Virus record (IMG/VR): IMGVR_UViG_3300049491_000674
Reading direction: 5' to 3' (one strand)
Length of the DNA stretch: 64,000 nt
DNA from: an uncultured virus (IMG/VR IMGVR_UViG_3300049491_000674)
Lineage: Duplodnaviria; Heunggongvirae; Uroviricota; Caudoviricetes
Shown: positions 1 to 9,678 of the stretch, piece by piece
Position numbering within the stretch: the stretch's first letter is position 1
Layout: each line of letters starts with the position of its first letter
Made by a program: the position numbers and the translations under genes
The notes under the pieces: model-generated
Told to the model about the DNA's origin: nothing
The model's database searches: none
The model's input: the letters and a program-made list of their open reading frames with translations, nothing else

Positions 1-108
1 CCGTACGCCTCTTCGAGCTGACCGCTCGCCACCTCGCAAGTGGTCGCGACCGCTTCAAGGGTGACGGCCCGCCACCTGGCAGGTGACCGTACGCCTCTTC
101 GAGCTGAC
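1..108 (+). repeat. 22-bp direct repeat CCGTACGCCTCTTCGAGCTGAC at 1-22 and 87-108
   Basis: Exact copies in sequence. Confidence 0.9.
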
Positions 109-620
109 AGCCGGTCACTCGCGAGAGCCGTGCTGTCGGCGCCGAGGTCGCTCGTGGGCCACCCACCGTGACCCCGTCCGACCGTGCGGTCGTGACGTCG
201 CTCCGCGGGGGCGGCCGACGGCCCCTTCGAGGTGGTCCGGTCGCGATCTGCTCGGGGCAAATCGACCTATCCGAAATATTTTTCGAAGTCTTTTCAAGCA
301 CTTGAGCACCTCGGCGTCGCGACCGGGTCGCGAGCGACCAAGGGGAAACGTCGTCGCGCCGAGCTGGGATGGCCCCGGCGAAGCCGCCGACAGGAACCAT
401 CCAAGAGAGAGAAAGAGAGAACACCATGTCCAATGTCACCACCATCACGCAGCAGTCCCCTTCGTCCAACCCCGCGGCTCCGGCCGCACAGCCCGACAGC
501 GCCGCCGCGCTGACGGAGTTCATCACCGGTCTGCCCGAACGCCTCGGCATCGGCCAGTCCGTCCCGGTGCGCGTGCGGCGGCACATGGGCAACCTGCACC
601 TGGCGCCGATCGACGCGATT
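1..620. other. GC-rich segment compositionally distinct from the rest (host DNA or chimeric contig end)
   Basis: Visibly much higher GC; lacks the phage promoter motifs; two opposite-strand ORFs collide near 620. Confidence 0.55.
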
Positions 621-641
621 GAGTCCCACCTTCGTCCGTGA
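426..641 (+). CDS. hypothetical protein, probably truncated at junction
   Basis: AG-rich leader, ATG, high-GC3 codons until ~620. Confidence 0.45.
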   Translation: MSNVTTITQQSPSSNPAAPAAQPDSAAALTEFITGLPERLGIGQSVPVRVRRHMGNLHLAPIDAIESHLRP

Positions 642-1008
642 AGTACCTAACCAGCTCTCCTGTGGCAGGCTTGAGTTCCTCCGCCCAGATTCGGGCCGCC
701 TCTTTACCCCCGTTGATCCAAGCAGCCTCGTCCGAAGTGGTGTCGGGCTGAAATCCCGCGGCAGCTTTCAAGAACCAATGGAACTTGTTCGCCAAGTCCT
801 TGATCTTCTTAGCTCCCGGAGGGGTCTTGGCTAGGTCAAACCGAAAGGTATCTTTGAACCACTTCTGGGCTTCGTCTGCTGCTTTCGCGGAGAAGTTAGC
901 GAAAAGCTTGGTCATTTTGGCCGCAAGCTCATCTTCGATCCCGGCTAGAATGAACCGAAGGGCAACCTTTTCAGCTACTCGCTCAATCACACCAAGCCCA
1001 TCTGACAA
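523..1008 (-). CDS. hypothetical protein with RVAxK/VALRF N-terminal motif; C-terminus lost at ~620
   Basis: Protein-like to YFTDEGG, then low-quality tail within GC-rich block. Confidence 0.55.
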   Translation of the reverse strand: MSDGLGVIERVAEKVALRFILAGIEDELAAKMTKLFANFSAKAADEAQKWFKDTFRFDLAKTPPGAKKIKDLANKFHWFLKAAAGFQPDTTSDEAAWINGGKEAARIWAEELKPATGELVRYFTDEGGTQSRRSAPGAGCPCAAARAPGRTGRCRGVRADR

Positions 1009-1020
1009 GAAGAAGATAGC

Positions 1021-1049
1021 TTTTGATCAGGTCTGACCTCGTGTCTAGT
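1021..1049 (+). promoter_or_regulatory. class I promoter TTTTGATC-N15/16-CTAGT (representative of 16 copies)
   Basis: Recurrent bipartite motif, usually 6-12 nt upstream of an ATG. Confidence 0.8.
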
Positions 1050-1055
1050 GGTGCC

Positions 1056-1376
1056 ATGGACACAATGAACGCCGAAGAGATTTGTAGGCAGCACGCCTTG
1101 AAGGTCAAAACCCAAGAGGGTAGAGAAAAGCTCCGAGAGGCTGTCCCGGCTTTGGCGATTCGAGTCTTCGCCCTCAGGCAGAAGAACTATCCTGGGTGCG
1201 GATTCCACTACGGTTTGGTGAAGACTGTGGGAGGTCTTCTCTATCGTCTGAACAACTTCGACGAGTCGTACAAATGGCTCGACCTTCTCGTTGACAAGAT
1301 CCTCTACGAAGAGCTGGTCGATGACGTGACCAAGGCGGAAGCACACCTTGACGTTCCACCTTTGCGGAGTGCTTAG
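1056..1376 (+). CDS. hypothetical protein
   Basis: ORF directly after class I promoter. Confidence 0.7.
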   Translation: MDTMNAEEICRQHALKVKTQEGREKLREAVPALAIRVFALRQKNYPGCGFHYGLVKTVGGLLYRLNNFDESYKWLDLLVDKILYEELVDDVTKAEAHLDVPPLRSA

Positions 1377-1724
1377 ATGATGGACCCCATCGTGGCTAAA
1401 GTCGTTCAGCGTGTCTCTGCCGAGAAGAAGATAGCGCCAGTGGACTGGGTGATGGATGAAGTGATCACCCAAAGGCACAAGGGTGAGATTCTCCAGAAAC
1501 GTATCGCTGTCTACCTCAAAGAGGTCGTTCGACTGAGTCAGGCAATCCACGAGGATGTCGAAGAAGCCTACATCCACGCCAAGAAGAACGTTGATGCTGG
1601 GGAGGATGTTACCCGAGAGCATCTCCTGAAGGCCGTAGAGAAAGCTGTAGGTGAGTCGTTTGGTCTGGACCCCCTAGGAAAGCAACTAGCTCGGGCGATT
1701 GCTCTAGGTGAAAATGTGTTCTGA
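1377..1724 (+). CDS. hypothetical protein
   Basis: ORF abutting upstream TAG; helical composition. Confidence 0.7.
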   Translation: MMDPIVAKVVQRVSAEKKIAPVDWVMDEVITQRHKGEILQKRIAVYLKEVVRLSQAIHEDVEEAYIHAKKNVDAGEDVTREHLLKAVEKAVGESFGLDPLGKQLARAIALGENVF

Positions 1725-1725
1725 C

Positions 1726-1959
1726 CTACTCTGATACGCGCCTTTTTGGGGCCTTGACGCCCATTCCTTTGGCTGGCTTTAGGCCAAGCTTGGCGAGAGC
1801 CGCACAGAACATCGCTCCGATGAACTCGCAGTGGACTTTGGCTTCGTCGGGGTCATCTGAGCGGGCAAGGGTAAAGCTCTGCTGCTCCACGGTGAATACC
1901 GTTCGGTAAGTTTTCCCGCTCCGTGTGACCTTCACGAACCATGTTGGGGGGTCAGACAT
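1726..1959 (-). CDS. hypothetical protein
   Basis: ATG after GGTGTA motif at 1970-1975. Confidence 0.6.
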   Translation of the reverse strand: MSDPPTWFVKVTRSGKTYRTVFTVEQQSFTLARSDDPDEAKVHCEFIGAMFCAALAKLGLKPAKGMGVKAPKRRVSE

Positions 1960-1996
1960 TCTACCGAGGTACACCGGTTCGGTGTATATGGGGGAC

Positions 1997-2275
1997 ATGA
2001 AACACCCCTTTGGCCACATGACCGCTGCTGTTATGAAGGCACAAGCAGCCAAGGTCCTCGCTGAACGCGAAATCGCGGAGAATGCTGCTCTTTTTGAAGA
2101 GGTCAGACCCCTTCTTGTGCAGATCCAAAACCTCGCAGATCATGGTGGTACCATGATCTCCATTCAATTTGGGATGCTTGAGAACCCTCAAAAAATCCGT
2201 TCTTTTTTGGAGAGTGAGTTGAAGTACGTCGTCACAGACAAGACGGATTCGACGTGGGAAATCAACTGGGGTTAA
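1997..2275 (+). CDS. hypothetical protein
   Basis: ATG after GGTGTA motif at 1981. Confidence 0.65.
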   Translation: MKHPFGHMTAAVMKAQAAKVLAEREIAENAALFEEVRPLLVQIQNLADHGGTMISIQFGMLENPQKIRSFLESELKYVVTDKTDSTWEINWG

Positions 2276-2315
2276 AACGTGATTTGATCCTAGGGGTCTT
2301 CGGTCTAGTAGGAGG

Positions 2316-2780
2316 ATGAACCCCAGCGAGTACCTCAGCACCTACCAGGACCAACTCGGCTACGCTCAGAGGAATCATCTGAAGTGGTCGATGGAGGATC
2401 GTCAGCACGGAAAGCGTTTGGCGATCGGGATGCTTCAAGTGGGAGTCGACCCGACTTTCGGCAAAACGCTTCCCGGGGGATTCATGGCTTTTTGTCTGAC
2501 GGACCACCGGGAGACGCTGTCTGTTGTCACCCGTCGGGGACAGCAGAAACTTGTGCAGGTGGGGGACGAGTACTTGGCCAAGCACCCGAAGGAGCCTCAG
2601 TTGATGCCTACGACGGCGAAGCCTTTTGAGCTGAAACTGTTTGGTAACGACGAAGCCGTGTACGCGAAGTATTACGCAACGCTGGAAGAAGCGTTGTCGG
2701 AACAGGGCCTTTTCGAGGCAGTTCAGCCTCTCAAGTTTGATGAAATCGTGCAAGAGTTCAACTTCACATTCGTAGGCTAA
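2316..2780 (+). CDS. hypothetical protein
   Basis: Class I promoter plus AGGAGG. Confidence 0.75.
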   Translation: MNPSEYLSTYQDQLGYAQRNHLKWSMEDRQHGKRLAIGMLQVGVDPTFGKTLPGGFMAFCLTDHRETLSVVTRRGQQKLVQVGDEYLAKHPKEPQLMPTTAKPFELKLFGNDEAVYAKYYATLEEALSEQGLFEAVQPLKFDEIVQEFNFTFVG

Positions 2781-2846
2781 CTATGCGTATTACCGCTAGC
2801 ACCATTTCGGGTAACTTGGGCTTTATGCTCGACAAGGGGGAGTAAG

Positions 2847-3476
2847 ATGCCCGTTCCAATCACCTACATCCCGAATTTCCTCCCGACCCCTAACGAATTC
2901 GAGATCCTTCTTCGGGACACGCTAGAATGGGAACGTCGTTCTGATGCCCCTCGATGCGAGTATTACTGCAACGACTTTCCCGAGGCGTACACCTACGGTC
3001 GTGGTGCTGGAGTCCGCACATACGAGCCACGCCCCTGGACGCCAGCCATCCGAGAGATCCGAGATCGCCTCGAATCACACACGAAGTCGAAGTTCGAGGT
3101 ATGCTTCTTGAATCGGTACTTGGACCAAAGTGATCACCTGGGGTGGCATGCTGACGATTCACCTGAGATGGACGACGCCCGCCCCATTGCGATCATCTCT
3201 TTGGGGGTCGAACGAGACATCATGTTTCGCCAGATCCTCAGCCCCACCTGTTCGTGTTGTAGGGCTAAACGGGATGAATCTCATAAGATGAGCTGCTATG
3301 TCCGTGACTCATGGAAGACCAACTTCACCCAGATCGAGAAACAGAAGCTAGGGCACGGCAGCCTCTGCCTGATGGCCCCAGGGATGCAAGACACTTGGCA
3401 GCATCGTATCCCGAAGGCGGGTTTTCAGTGCGGGGAGCGGATCAGCCTGACGTTTCGAGGCTACATTCAGCCATGA
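2847..3476 (+). CDS. AlkB-family 2OG-Fe(II) dioxygenase
   Basis: LNRY..HLGWHADD (HxD), WQHRIPK, RISLTFR motifs. Confidence 0.88.
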   Translation: MPVPITYIPNFLPTPNEFEILLRDTLEWERRSDAPRCEYYCNDFPEAYTYGRGAGVRTYEPRPWTPAIREIRDRLESHTKSKFEVCFLNRYLDQSDHLGWHADDSPEMDDARPIAIISLGVERDIMFRQILSPTCSCCRAKRDESHKMSCYVRDSWKTNFTQIEKQKLGHGSLCLMAPGMQDTWQHRIPKAGFQCGERISLTFRGYIQP

Positions 3477-3493
3477 TTGGTGTACAGGGATCA

Positions 3494-3653
3494 CGCACCA
3501 CGGTGTCTACCCGTACTTCCAGCAAAAGACATTCGCAACGTGATATGCGGAGATTTTTGCTGTGTCGTGGGGGTAGGCGTCTCTAACTAATAACCAGAGG
3601 GAGTTTGTGGTGCGACTCTTCTTGTCCCTCCCCGTCGGGAGATAGACGGGGAC
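3494..3653 (+). ncRNA. structured leader or small RNA candidate
   Basis: Nested stems CGCACCAC/GTGGTGCG, GTCTACCC/GGGTAGGC, CAGCAAAA/TTTTGCTG after GGTGTA motif. Confidence 0.45.
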
Positions 3654-3659
3654 CTTCAA

Positions 3660-3953
3660 ATGAAAAACATCGACTACTGGGAGGCCCTAATTCTGAAGCT
3701 TGAGACAGAGTTCGTACTTAGGACCTCTGTCTTTGAAGGTGAGGTTAAGGGCAGGCCCAACGTCAAAGGTCTGAGCAGAGAAGTGCGAAGCAAGCTCATC
3801 TCTGCGTATGAGAAGCGTTCAAGGCAAGACCGAATTAACGCGAAGAGGGTCGCGAAATTGCCCCTGCGTATAATGTACGCCAAAGATCGGATCGCAGCTT
3901 TGCGTAAAATCACCGTGTTCGACCACCTTCGAAATGGTGGACTGCCCATCTAG
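3660..3953 (+). CDS. hypothetical protein with C-terminal TVFDHL motif
   Basis: ORF; shared C-terminal motif variant. Confidence 0.65.
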   Translation: MKNIDYWEALILKLETEFVLRTSVFEGEVKGRPNVKGLSREVRSKLISAYEKRSRQDRINAKRVAKLPLRIMYAKDRIAALRKITVFDHLRNGGLPI

Positions 3954-4019
3954 GACAAGTCCCTGTGGGGGAATCGACCGACGATTTTTGATCGGTACCC
4001 CTCAAAGACTAGTACCCTC

Positions 4020-4160
4020 ATGTGCAACAACCTGAGCGTCGTGAATCACTGTGGTGGCTGCGTTGCCTACGTCGTGAACGTGGGAAGCGAAGGCCGCTCC
4101 GAGTGCCGTGAGCCTGCCCGTAACCGCCAAGGCCGTCTGGCCTGCGTTGGAGCGTTATGA
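4020..4160 (+). CDS. small Cys-rich hypothetical protein (ends TTA-TGA)
   Basis: ATG 6 nt after class I promoter; overlaps next ATG. Confidence 0.5.
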   Translation: MCNNLSVVNHCGGCVAYVVNVGSEGRSECREPARNRQGRLACVGAL

Positions 4161-4602
4161 AAGTCGACGTCAAAAGCTTTGGTCTTGGTCTCACCCTGGC
4201 CAAGAAAAACCCCCACCAAACCGCGTACTTCCACATCACCGATACCCTCCCCAACGATGTCAAGAAGAGCGTGTTGAACTTGGCCGCCGTGATCATCGAT
4301 AACGGCTGGACCAAAGATGCGGCTGCCCGCACTGCGGAAGGGGATTCCGTCCTGGTTTTTGATCCAAAGGCTTGTTGCTTCTGTGCCCTTGGGGCTCTGC
4401 AAGTCTCTTTTGAAATGCACGAGATCGATCTGACGGACTCGGAGGGAGGGTCCAGCAATGAGTGGTTGCAGCTTTGTAGCCTGTTGGGCAAAAACCTTCC
4501 AACGAAGAGAGAGCAATGGGGCTTAGCCTCTACAACGATCTCCCGACGACCACGAAGGAAGACGTGATCCGTGTGTTTCGAGTAACAGGAGACCAGCTAT
4601 GA
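4157..4602 (+). CDS. hypothetical protein, frameshifted near 4490-4520
   Basis: CFCALGAL domain continues in another frame as LSLYNDLPTTTKEDVIRVF to an ATGA overlap. Confidence 0.6.
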
Positions 4603-4802
4603 AGATGCGCATTAGGCTTTGGGTTGAGTGCAGACCTTCTTGGGAGGCTGAGGGCCTCCCTTTGGACTCTGAGATTGAGGTGACAGGCGAACTGCTTCTG
4701 TCCATCTCGGAGCGATGGGATCTTCAGATCTTGAACTACCCCGACGCAAGAAAATTGCTCTGTGTTGCCCCACTCGGGCGAGGCTTCCGCCAGCGAGGGT
4801 AA
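4599..4802 (+). CDS. hypothetical protein
   Basis: GGAG RBS, ATGA coupling. Confidence 0.6.
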   Translation: MKMRIRLWVECRPSWEAEGLPLDSEIEVTGELLLSISERWDLQILNYPDARKLLCVAPLGRGFRQRG

Positions 4803-4803
4803 A

Positions 4804-4953
4804 ATGGTCGCTCCCTCTAAGGTGCCCTGCCCCTGCTGTGAGGAAGACACCTGTCTACCAAATGAAAAGGTTTGCTTCCTTTGCCAAGGAACCGAGTGTC
4901 CTGTCTTTGGGGCGTGTCGTCGAGCCCCCGAACCAGAGGACGACGATGCCTGA
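4804..4953 (+). CDS. small Cys-rich (Zn-ribbon-like) protein
   Basis: CPCC..CFLC..C..C pattern, packed between genes. Confidence 0.5.
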   Translation: MVAPSKVPCPCCEEDTCLPNEKVCFLCQGTECPVFGACRRAPEPEDDDA

Positions 4954-5188
4954 ACCAAAAGAAAAGACGCTCTACGCCATCTTCAACGTGTTGGACGGCA
5001 CCTTGTTGCCTCTGCTTACGGACAAGGGGAAAGTCTTTCCTCAGGTGCACTACACCCAAAAAGAGGCCGATGAGACGTGCGCAGCTGTCAACGAGCTGTT
5101 TAAGGGCAACCTCATCCTCCACGACCTTTTGGCGAAACAAGATCTAGGGGACAAAGCCTGGATCGTTCAGCCCTACAAGTCCGGGTAA
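4946..5188 (+). CDS. hypothetical protein
   Basis: GAGGA RBS. Confidence 0.6.
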   Translation: MPEPKEKTLYAIFNVLDGTLLPLLTDKGKVFPQVHYTQKEADETCAAVNELFKGNLILHDLLAKQDLGDKAWIVQPYKSG

Positions 5189-5230
5189 GAACCTGTTTTT
5201 GATCGTGGCCGTGGTCTATCTAGTAGGGAC

Positions 5231-5602
5231 ATGACCACCACATCGTTCCTCACGGCTGAGTACCAGACCATCCGCACTGCGGTGGGTACGCACCGTAAGC
5301 AGATCGAAAGGGCCTGCGATGTGCTCGACGCAGCCATCGCAGCTGCCAATATCCCGGTGGTCAACGGCTTCTACGCAGTCGACCTTCAGAAGGAAGGTTG
5401 GCGGTACCCGTCTATTGACCAAGCTCAACGAGAGCTGGAAGCTCTTCGAGACGACAACGGCTTCTACTGGGCGGAAAGCCGCCTCACGGACCTGGAGAGG
5501 CTTTTGGGCCTTGGGTGGGCGACGCAGACGCTCATCCCCTTCGAAGGGACGATTCCGGACGCCCACCCAGTGGTCAAGGACTTCTTGACCATGGCGGCCT
5601 TA
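5231..5602 (+). CDS. hypothetical protein (TTA end)
   Basis: Class I promoter; TTA 5600-5602 coincides with TAA of convergent gene. Confidence 0.7.
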
Positions 5603-6004
5603 GGTCGTGGCCTTGCTCTGACGAATTTCCGTAGAAACATACACGGAAAACTTCATCTGTTTTGCGATCAGGTGGAGGTCACGGACTCGTGTTCGGTGAA
5701 AAACACGTCCATCTGGAAGACGCAACTCGAAACGACCATCTGTGCCAACCTTGATGGTCGCTTTCAAGTTGAGGGGCAGGGCCCGTCGGGAAGACGGGGC
5801 AGCCGAAACGGGGGCATCCGTTACCAGCTCTTGGTAGAGGTCTTCCTTCGCCAAAGCCTTGAGGTCTTGGGTCAGTTGCTCCAGGATGGTTGCCGTTGCC
5901 TTCGTGGGGGGATTCCCCAAGATCTTGCGGAGAAGATCCTTGCGGACGGAGGAGTACAGAGCGGGGAGATGTTGAAGAATCGTCTGTTCGGGTTTTGACG
6001 CCAT
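5600..6004 (-). CDS. hypothetical protein
   Basis: ATG after GGTGTA motif. Confidence 0.65.
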   Translation of the reverse strand: MASKPEQTILQHLPALYSSVRKDLLRKILGNPPTKATATILEQLTQDLKALAKEDLYQELVTDAPVSAAPSSRRALPLNLKATIKVGTDGRFELRLPDGRVFHRTRVRDLHLIAKQMKFSVYVSTEIRQSKATT

Positions 6005-6084
6005 GATCCTAAGTACACCGAGATTAGCCATTATCGACTAAAAATCTGAAGGGCACTGAAAACGGTGTATCTAGATCAAGCAAA

Positions 6085-6513
6085 ATGCCTTCACCTGACG
6101 AATCGCCTGACCATCTGAACCTAGAAGAGGACTGGGATCACCTCCGCAAGGACTGCATCAACATCCCCCGGATGACTGATGATCAACTACGGGAGTTCAT
6201 TCAAGGCTACCTAGGCGGGAAGTACTTCACGTCTGAGAACATCCGCCCGGAAGACAAGATGCTCATGCTTAGTCTGATCTTCCTACCCGTGGCGCTTGGG
6301 GCATTCTCGGTATACAAGCCAGACTCGATCCGGGAAGATCTGGGGATTCTCTACGAGGAGTACAGCAAAGCACTCCCTCGGTCATGTAACGGGTACCCCA
6401 GCTTTTTTTCGGTACGGATCATGCATCGTCTTGACTGGAAGAAAGCATTGCAGGTCATCGTTGCGGAAGAAGAACGTCGGAAGACGCTCGTGATCCCGGC
6501 AGACGAACTCTAA
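6085..6513 (+). CDS. hypothetical protein
   Basis: ATG after GGTGTA motif. Confidence 0.75.
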   Translation: MPSPDESPDHLNLEEDWDHLRKDCINIPRMTDDQLREFIQGYLGGKYFTSENIRPEDKMLMLSLIFLPVALGAFSVYKPDSIREDLGILYEEYSKALPRSCNGYPSFFSVRIMHRLDWKKALQVIVAEEERRKTLVIPADEL

Positions 6514-7616
6514 GCATCATCATCCAGGAGACGCTCGAAAGTGGTTCGTCTTGGTGGCTCAGGTTCCACAGCAAGGTCCTTTCGGAATCCAGTTAGCGGA
6601 CGGGTAGTGAAAGGCTCTACCAGGGAAGCATTGGTACTCGGGTTATACACACGAGCCTGAAGGAGCATGTCATGCAGCAGCTCGCTGTATCCCTCGCCTG
6701 CTGTATCGACATAAAAGTTCGATGCTACGATAATGCTTTGGGTGTTGTGTCCGCCAGTCTGTTGTTCAGAGGTGAGTACCCCAAAAAGAGACCCCTCAAA
6801 TTCAAACAGCACTCCAACCGGAAAAACGCGTAGAATGGGTGGACCGAAGTGTATCCGGTATGTGTACTCAAGACGGATTACAGATCTGATCCGGTAGCGA
6901 TCAAGGGTGAGACGTGTTTGACTGCCGATGAGGTCGAGATCGAAAGTCGTACCCTGTGCAGAAGTTACCATCCCAAACAGGTGCGTGCCTATGGTGTTGT
7001 CTACACAGACTACGTTGTCGCCGTTTGAGGCAGTCCAACGGCTTTCGTTTACGCTGATGGGCGGGGCACCTGCAACAAGTTGGTCGTAATGGTAGGGGTA
7101 TGATTGGTTGTCTTGATTAACCCACCCTACCCGAAATCCGGACCTTTCCTCCCCAAGGTCTACTCGCGTGAGAGTACCTTCCGTTGTGAAAGCACCGGGA
7201 AGAAGGTGGGGTATCTCCAAAAAGATGACGCCTGCCCGGAACACCTCCATTGGGAGTAGGGTGAGTTCTGTGTCGAAGTCTAGCTCGATGCCTTCGTCGC
7301 TGATGTCCGTGATCTGAAATGGTCTTGTCGCGTTGGCGTTTGGGTCGTAGAAAATCCCAGTGGCTCCCACAACAGGCACCAGATGAAGGGTCTGATCCTC
7401 CAGATTCTGAGGGCGAAACAAAGCAAGGAACTCGGTTATCGAGTATCTGTAATTCCTGACTCCTTGTATGCTGGTCACCTGAACCACCGGAACAAGAGGG
7501 GACTGTTCATCCAAAGAGACGGATAGAATTACCCACACCTCATCATCAAACAAGTCCCTTGGCAAGCACCGCGTTCCAGGAAAGACCCAATCAGGACTTC
7601 CATCAGAGTGTGGCAT
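6510..7616 (-). CDS. hypothetical protein with C-terminal RTTFERLLDDD motif
   Basis: 368-aa ORF. Confidence 0.75.
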   Translation of the reverse strand: MPHSDGSPDWVFPGTRCLPRDLFDDEVWVILSVSLDEQSPLVPVVQVTSIQGVRNYRYSITEFLALFRPQNLEDQTLHLVPVVGATGIFYDPNANATRPFQITDISDEGIELDFDTELTLLPMEVFRAGVIFLEIPHLLPGAFTTEGTLTRVDLGEERSGFRVGWVNQDNQSYPYHYDQLVAGAPPISVNESRWTASNGDNVVCVDNTIGTHLFGMVTSAQGTTFDLDLIGSQTRLTLDRYRIRSVIRLEYTYRIHFGPPILRVFPVGVLFEFEGSLFGVLTSEQQTGGHNTQSIIVASNFYVDTAGEGYSELLHDMLLQARVYNPSTNASLVEPFTTRPLTGFRKDLAVEPEPPRRTTFERLLDDDA

Positions 7617-8818
7617 CAGATGAAGTCCTCTCCAGTCAAGCGTTTGAAGGTAGAGACTCGAACAACCCTACTCCAATTCCCACCGTTCATTTCGATGGCC
7701 CTGATGCCGCGTTTATTCCCAGTAGCGTCTTCAACTGTGACTGTCCCGAGGTCTAGGTTCACCTCTACCACTTTGTATGTGTCGGCGTAAACCCCAACCA
7801 CGTTCTCCCACTCTTCGCCAACGGAGCAAGGTGGCTTTACGTGAACTACTTTTTTGGAGGTGTCCTCCAAAGGCCGAAAGAAGTGGTTGAAATCGGAGTA
7901 GGTCATGACGCCGGGGTTGTCATCCGTGCTACGGTAGTGCACCGCACCCGCTCTTGGATTCAACGGGTGCGAAAAATGAGTCACCCTGACAATCCCCCCA
8001 TCAAGACGATTAGCCCACATACTATTAGGGGCAGGTAGGGGATCCAACGAGGGTGGGGGCGCATGGGCAGGTTGTAGTGTGTTCCGGATTTCTTCCACCG
8101 GCAGTCGACGCATAAAGTAGACGCTACTTCTAGACAAGTGGTTCAGCCATTGCTCAATCGGCAGATCTAGAAAAGTGTTGATCTGATTTTGGGGGCTGTT
8201 ATTTGCGAGGGTCAGCAAAATAGCCGTTATGGATTGGGGGTGGATGAAAACACTTCTAGCGAGCGGACGTGGCGCTGCCTGGTTCCACGACGACACTTCT
8301 GTTCGAGCTGCATTGACGCTGGCGACTACGTCTCCCACATCGAATGGGACGGGAAGGTAGGAGGCTCGGCATCTGAGGCAAGTATAGGCAAAGCCCGAGC
8401 CCACAATCTCCGTTCGTGTTTCAGGGTGGGTACAGAAAATACATGTAGCCGAGGTTGTTTGAAGAACCTCTATGTCTACATTTAGGTTGGTGATGAATTC
8501 CCCCTGCACATTAGATGGCATGTGCACTGGACAGAACACCGCTCTTACGGAGGGCACAACAAAGGCCGAGGTGTGCCTACAGCCTTGAGAGGCGCATGGA
8601 TGGGGGGATAGAAACGGTGCTGACTGAAAGACACACTGAGATATGAAGCGAGTGGGGTTCCAGTTAAAACGTTGCCCTCTTGCTGTGGTCAACGTTACGA
8701 CATTGCCTGGGGGACGACCTTCAACAAGATTCGAGTTGGCGACAACCCCTTCGATTCTCCCCCCTGTGGGGGGTGTCGTTGACCAAACTTCACCAAAGAG
8801 TGGATGGGATTGAGGCAA
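7616..8818 (-). CDS. hypothetical Zn-finger-containing protein with C-terminal STFKRLTGED motif
   Basis: 400-aa ORF with CxxC pairs. Confidence 0.75.
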   Translation of the reverse strand: MPQSHPLFGEVWSTTPPTGGRIEGVVANSNLVEGRPPGNVVTLTTARGQRFNWNPTRFISQCVFQSAPFLSPHPCASQGCRHTSAFVVPSVRAVFCPVHMPSNVQGEFITNLNVDIEVLQTTSATCIFCTHPETRTEIVGSGFAYTCLRCRASYLPVPFDVGDVVASVNAARTEVSSWNQAAPRPLARSVFIHPQSITAILLTLANNSPQNQINTFLDLPIEQWLNHLSRSSVYFMRRLPVEEIRNTLQPAHAPPPSLDPLPAPNSMWANRLDGGIVRVTHFSHPLNPRAGAVHYRSTDDNPGVMTYSDFNHFFRPLEDTSKKVVHVKPPCSVGEEWENVVGVYADTYKVVEVNLDLGTVTVEDATGNKRGIRAIEMNGGNWSRVVRVSTFKRLTGEDFI

Positions 8819-8848
8819 GGGATCTTCCTATGATACTGCTACACCAGA

Positions 8849-9250
8849 ATGGACCAAGCAACAGCAGCTCATCTACTCGCAAGACTTGGAGTACACCACG
8901 CTGACCTATTGCGGGTTAAAAGTACACCATTCCCTGAGTCGGCCACTCTTTTGGGAGACCTTAAGGCTCGTGTCCGTTCCAACTGGAAGAGACTGGCTTT
9001 TGAACTGCACCCCGATCGCACTGGAAACGATTCAGCTAAAACAGCCGAGTTCCAGATGTTGACGCGTCTTCGAGACGACTTCGAGAAACTGACCGTCTCA
9101 GCGACGCCGCCGCCCAGACCCTCTGGGTTTACGGTCGGGTTTGTTCGGGCTGTCAAGGTCCAGGGTCCCGTCAGTTACTCGACAGATCCCTTCAACCAGC
9201 CCTCTCGGACTATCAACGCCCATTATTTCGTGACTATGCGGCCCCTGTAG
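8849..9250 (+). CDS. J-domain (DnaJ-like) protein
   Basis: WKRLAFELHPDRTG..AEFQML (HPD motif). Confidence 0.7.
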   Translation: MDQATAAHLLARLGVHHADLLRVKSTPFPESATLLGDLKARVRSNWKRLAFELHPDRTGNDSAKTAEFQMLTRLRDDFEKLTVSATPPPRPSGFTVGFVRAVKVQGPVSYSTDPFNQPSRTINAHYFVTMRPL

Positions 9251-9655
9251 GTCGTCATCTAGGAGCTTTTCCCAGGTAGTGGTGCGGAGGATGTTTCTTT
9301 GGGGCTTCGGTTGCTCGTACGAGGACAGGAGTGAGGCAGAGGGGTATCCGTTACGCATTTGGGCTACGATGTCCCTGTGGACCTGAATGGCTTCTTCCCA
9401 AGAAGATACTCGAATTTGGTCGTCTACAGCCCCTTCTGCCCATGTCTCAAAAAGCAAAGGAGGACCAACCCCGTGTTGGTGGTTGATCCCTAGAAACACA
9501 GTAGAGATTCGAATGGCCGGATCCGTGAACTCGGTGATCGCAACGTGCCGCTTCTCGAAGTCGTTTAGAAACAAGGCCCACTGGGCAAGGTCTTTAGCCA
9601 GAATAGGCTCCCCGTCCTCATCCAAAATGAAGTGGTCTTTTATGCTAAACGGCAT
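9248..9655 (-). CDS. hypothetical protein ending TTWEKLLDDD (expected stop reads CTA)
   Basis: ISTVFLGINH..PLLFET phage-type protein; GGTGTA motif upstream. Confidence 0.7.
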
Positions 9656-9660
9656 GTTCT

Positions 9661-9672
9661 GGTGTATACACC
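9661..9672. promoter_or_regulatory. class II promoter motif GGTGTA; palindromic bidirectional copy GGTGTATACACC (representative of >25)
   Basis: Lies between divergent ATGs at 9655 and 9679. Confidence 0.75.
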
Positions 9673-9678
9673 TCACAT

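Noticed and set aside
83..622. Arg-rich ORFs in the GC-rich start
   Set aside because: Low-complexity products typical of non-coding frames in high-GC DNA.
1374..1379. Genome-wide TAG recoding (TAG-ATG in frame; CUA tRNA present)
   Set aside because: Many genes end cleanly at TAG and no recognisable enzyme is split by TAG.
4523..4525. TTA in the 4157 ORF as a stop example
   Set aside because: Another frame continues the protein convincingly to an ATGA overlap, so an upstream indel explains it.
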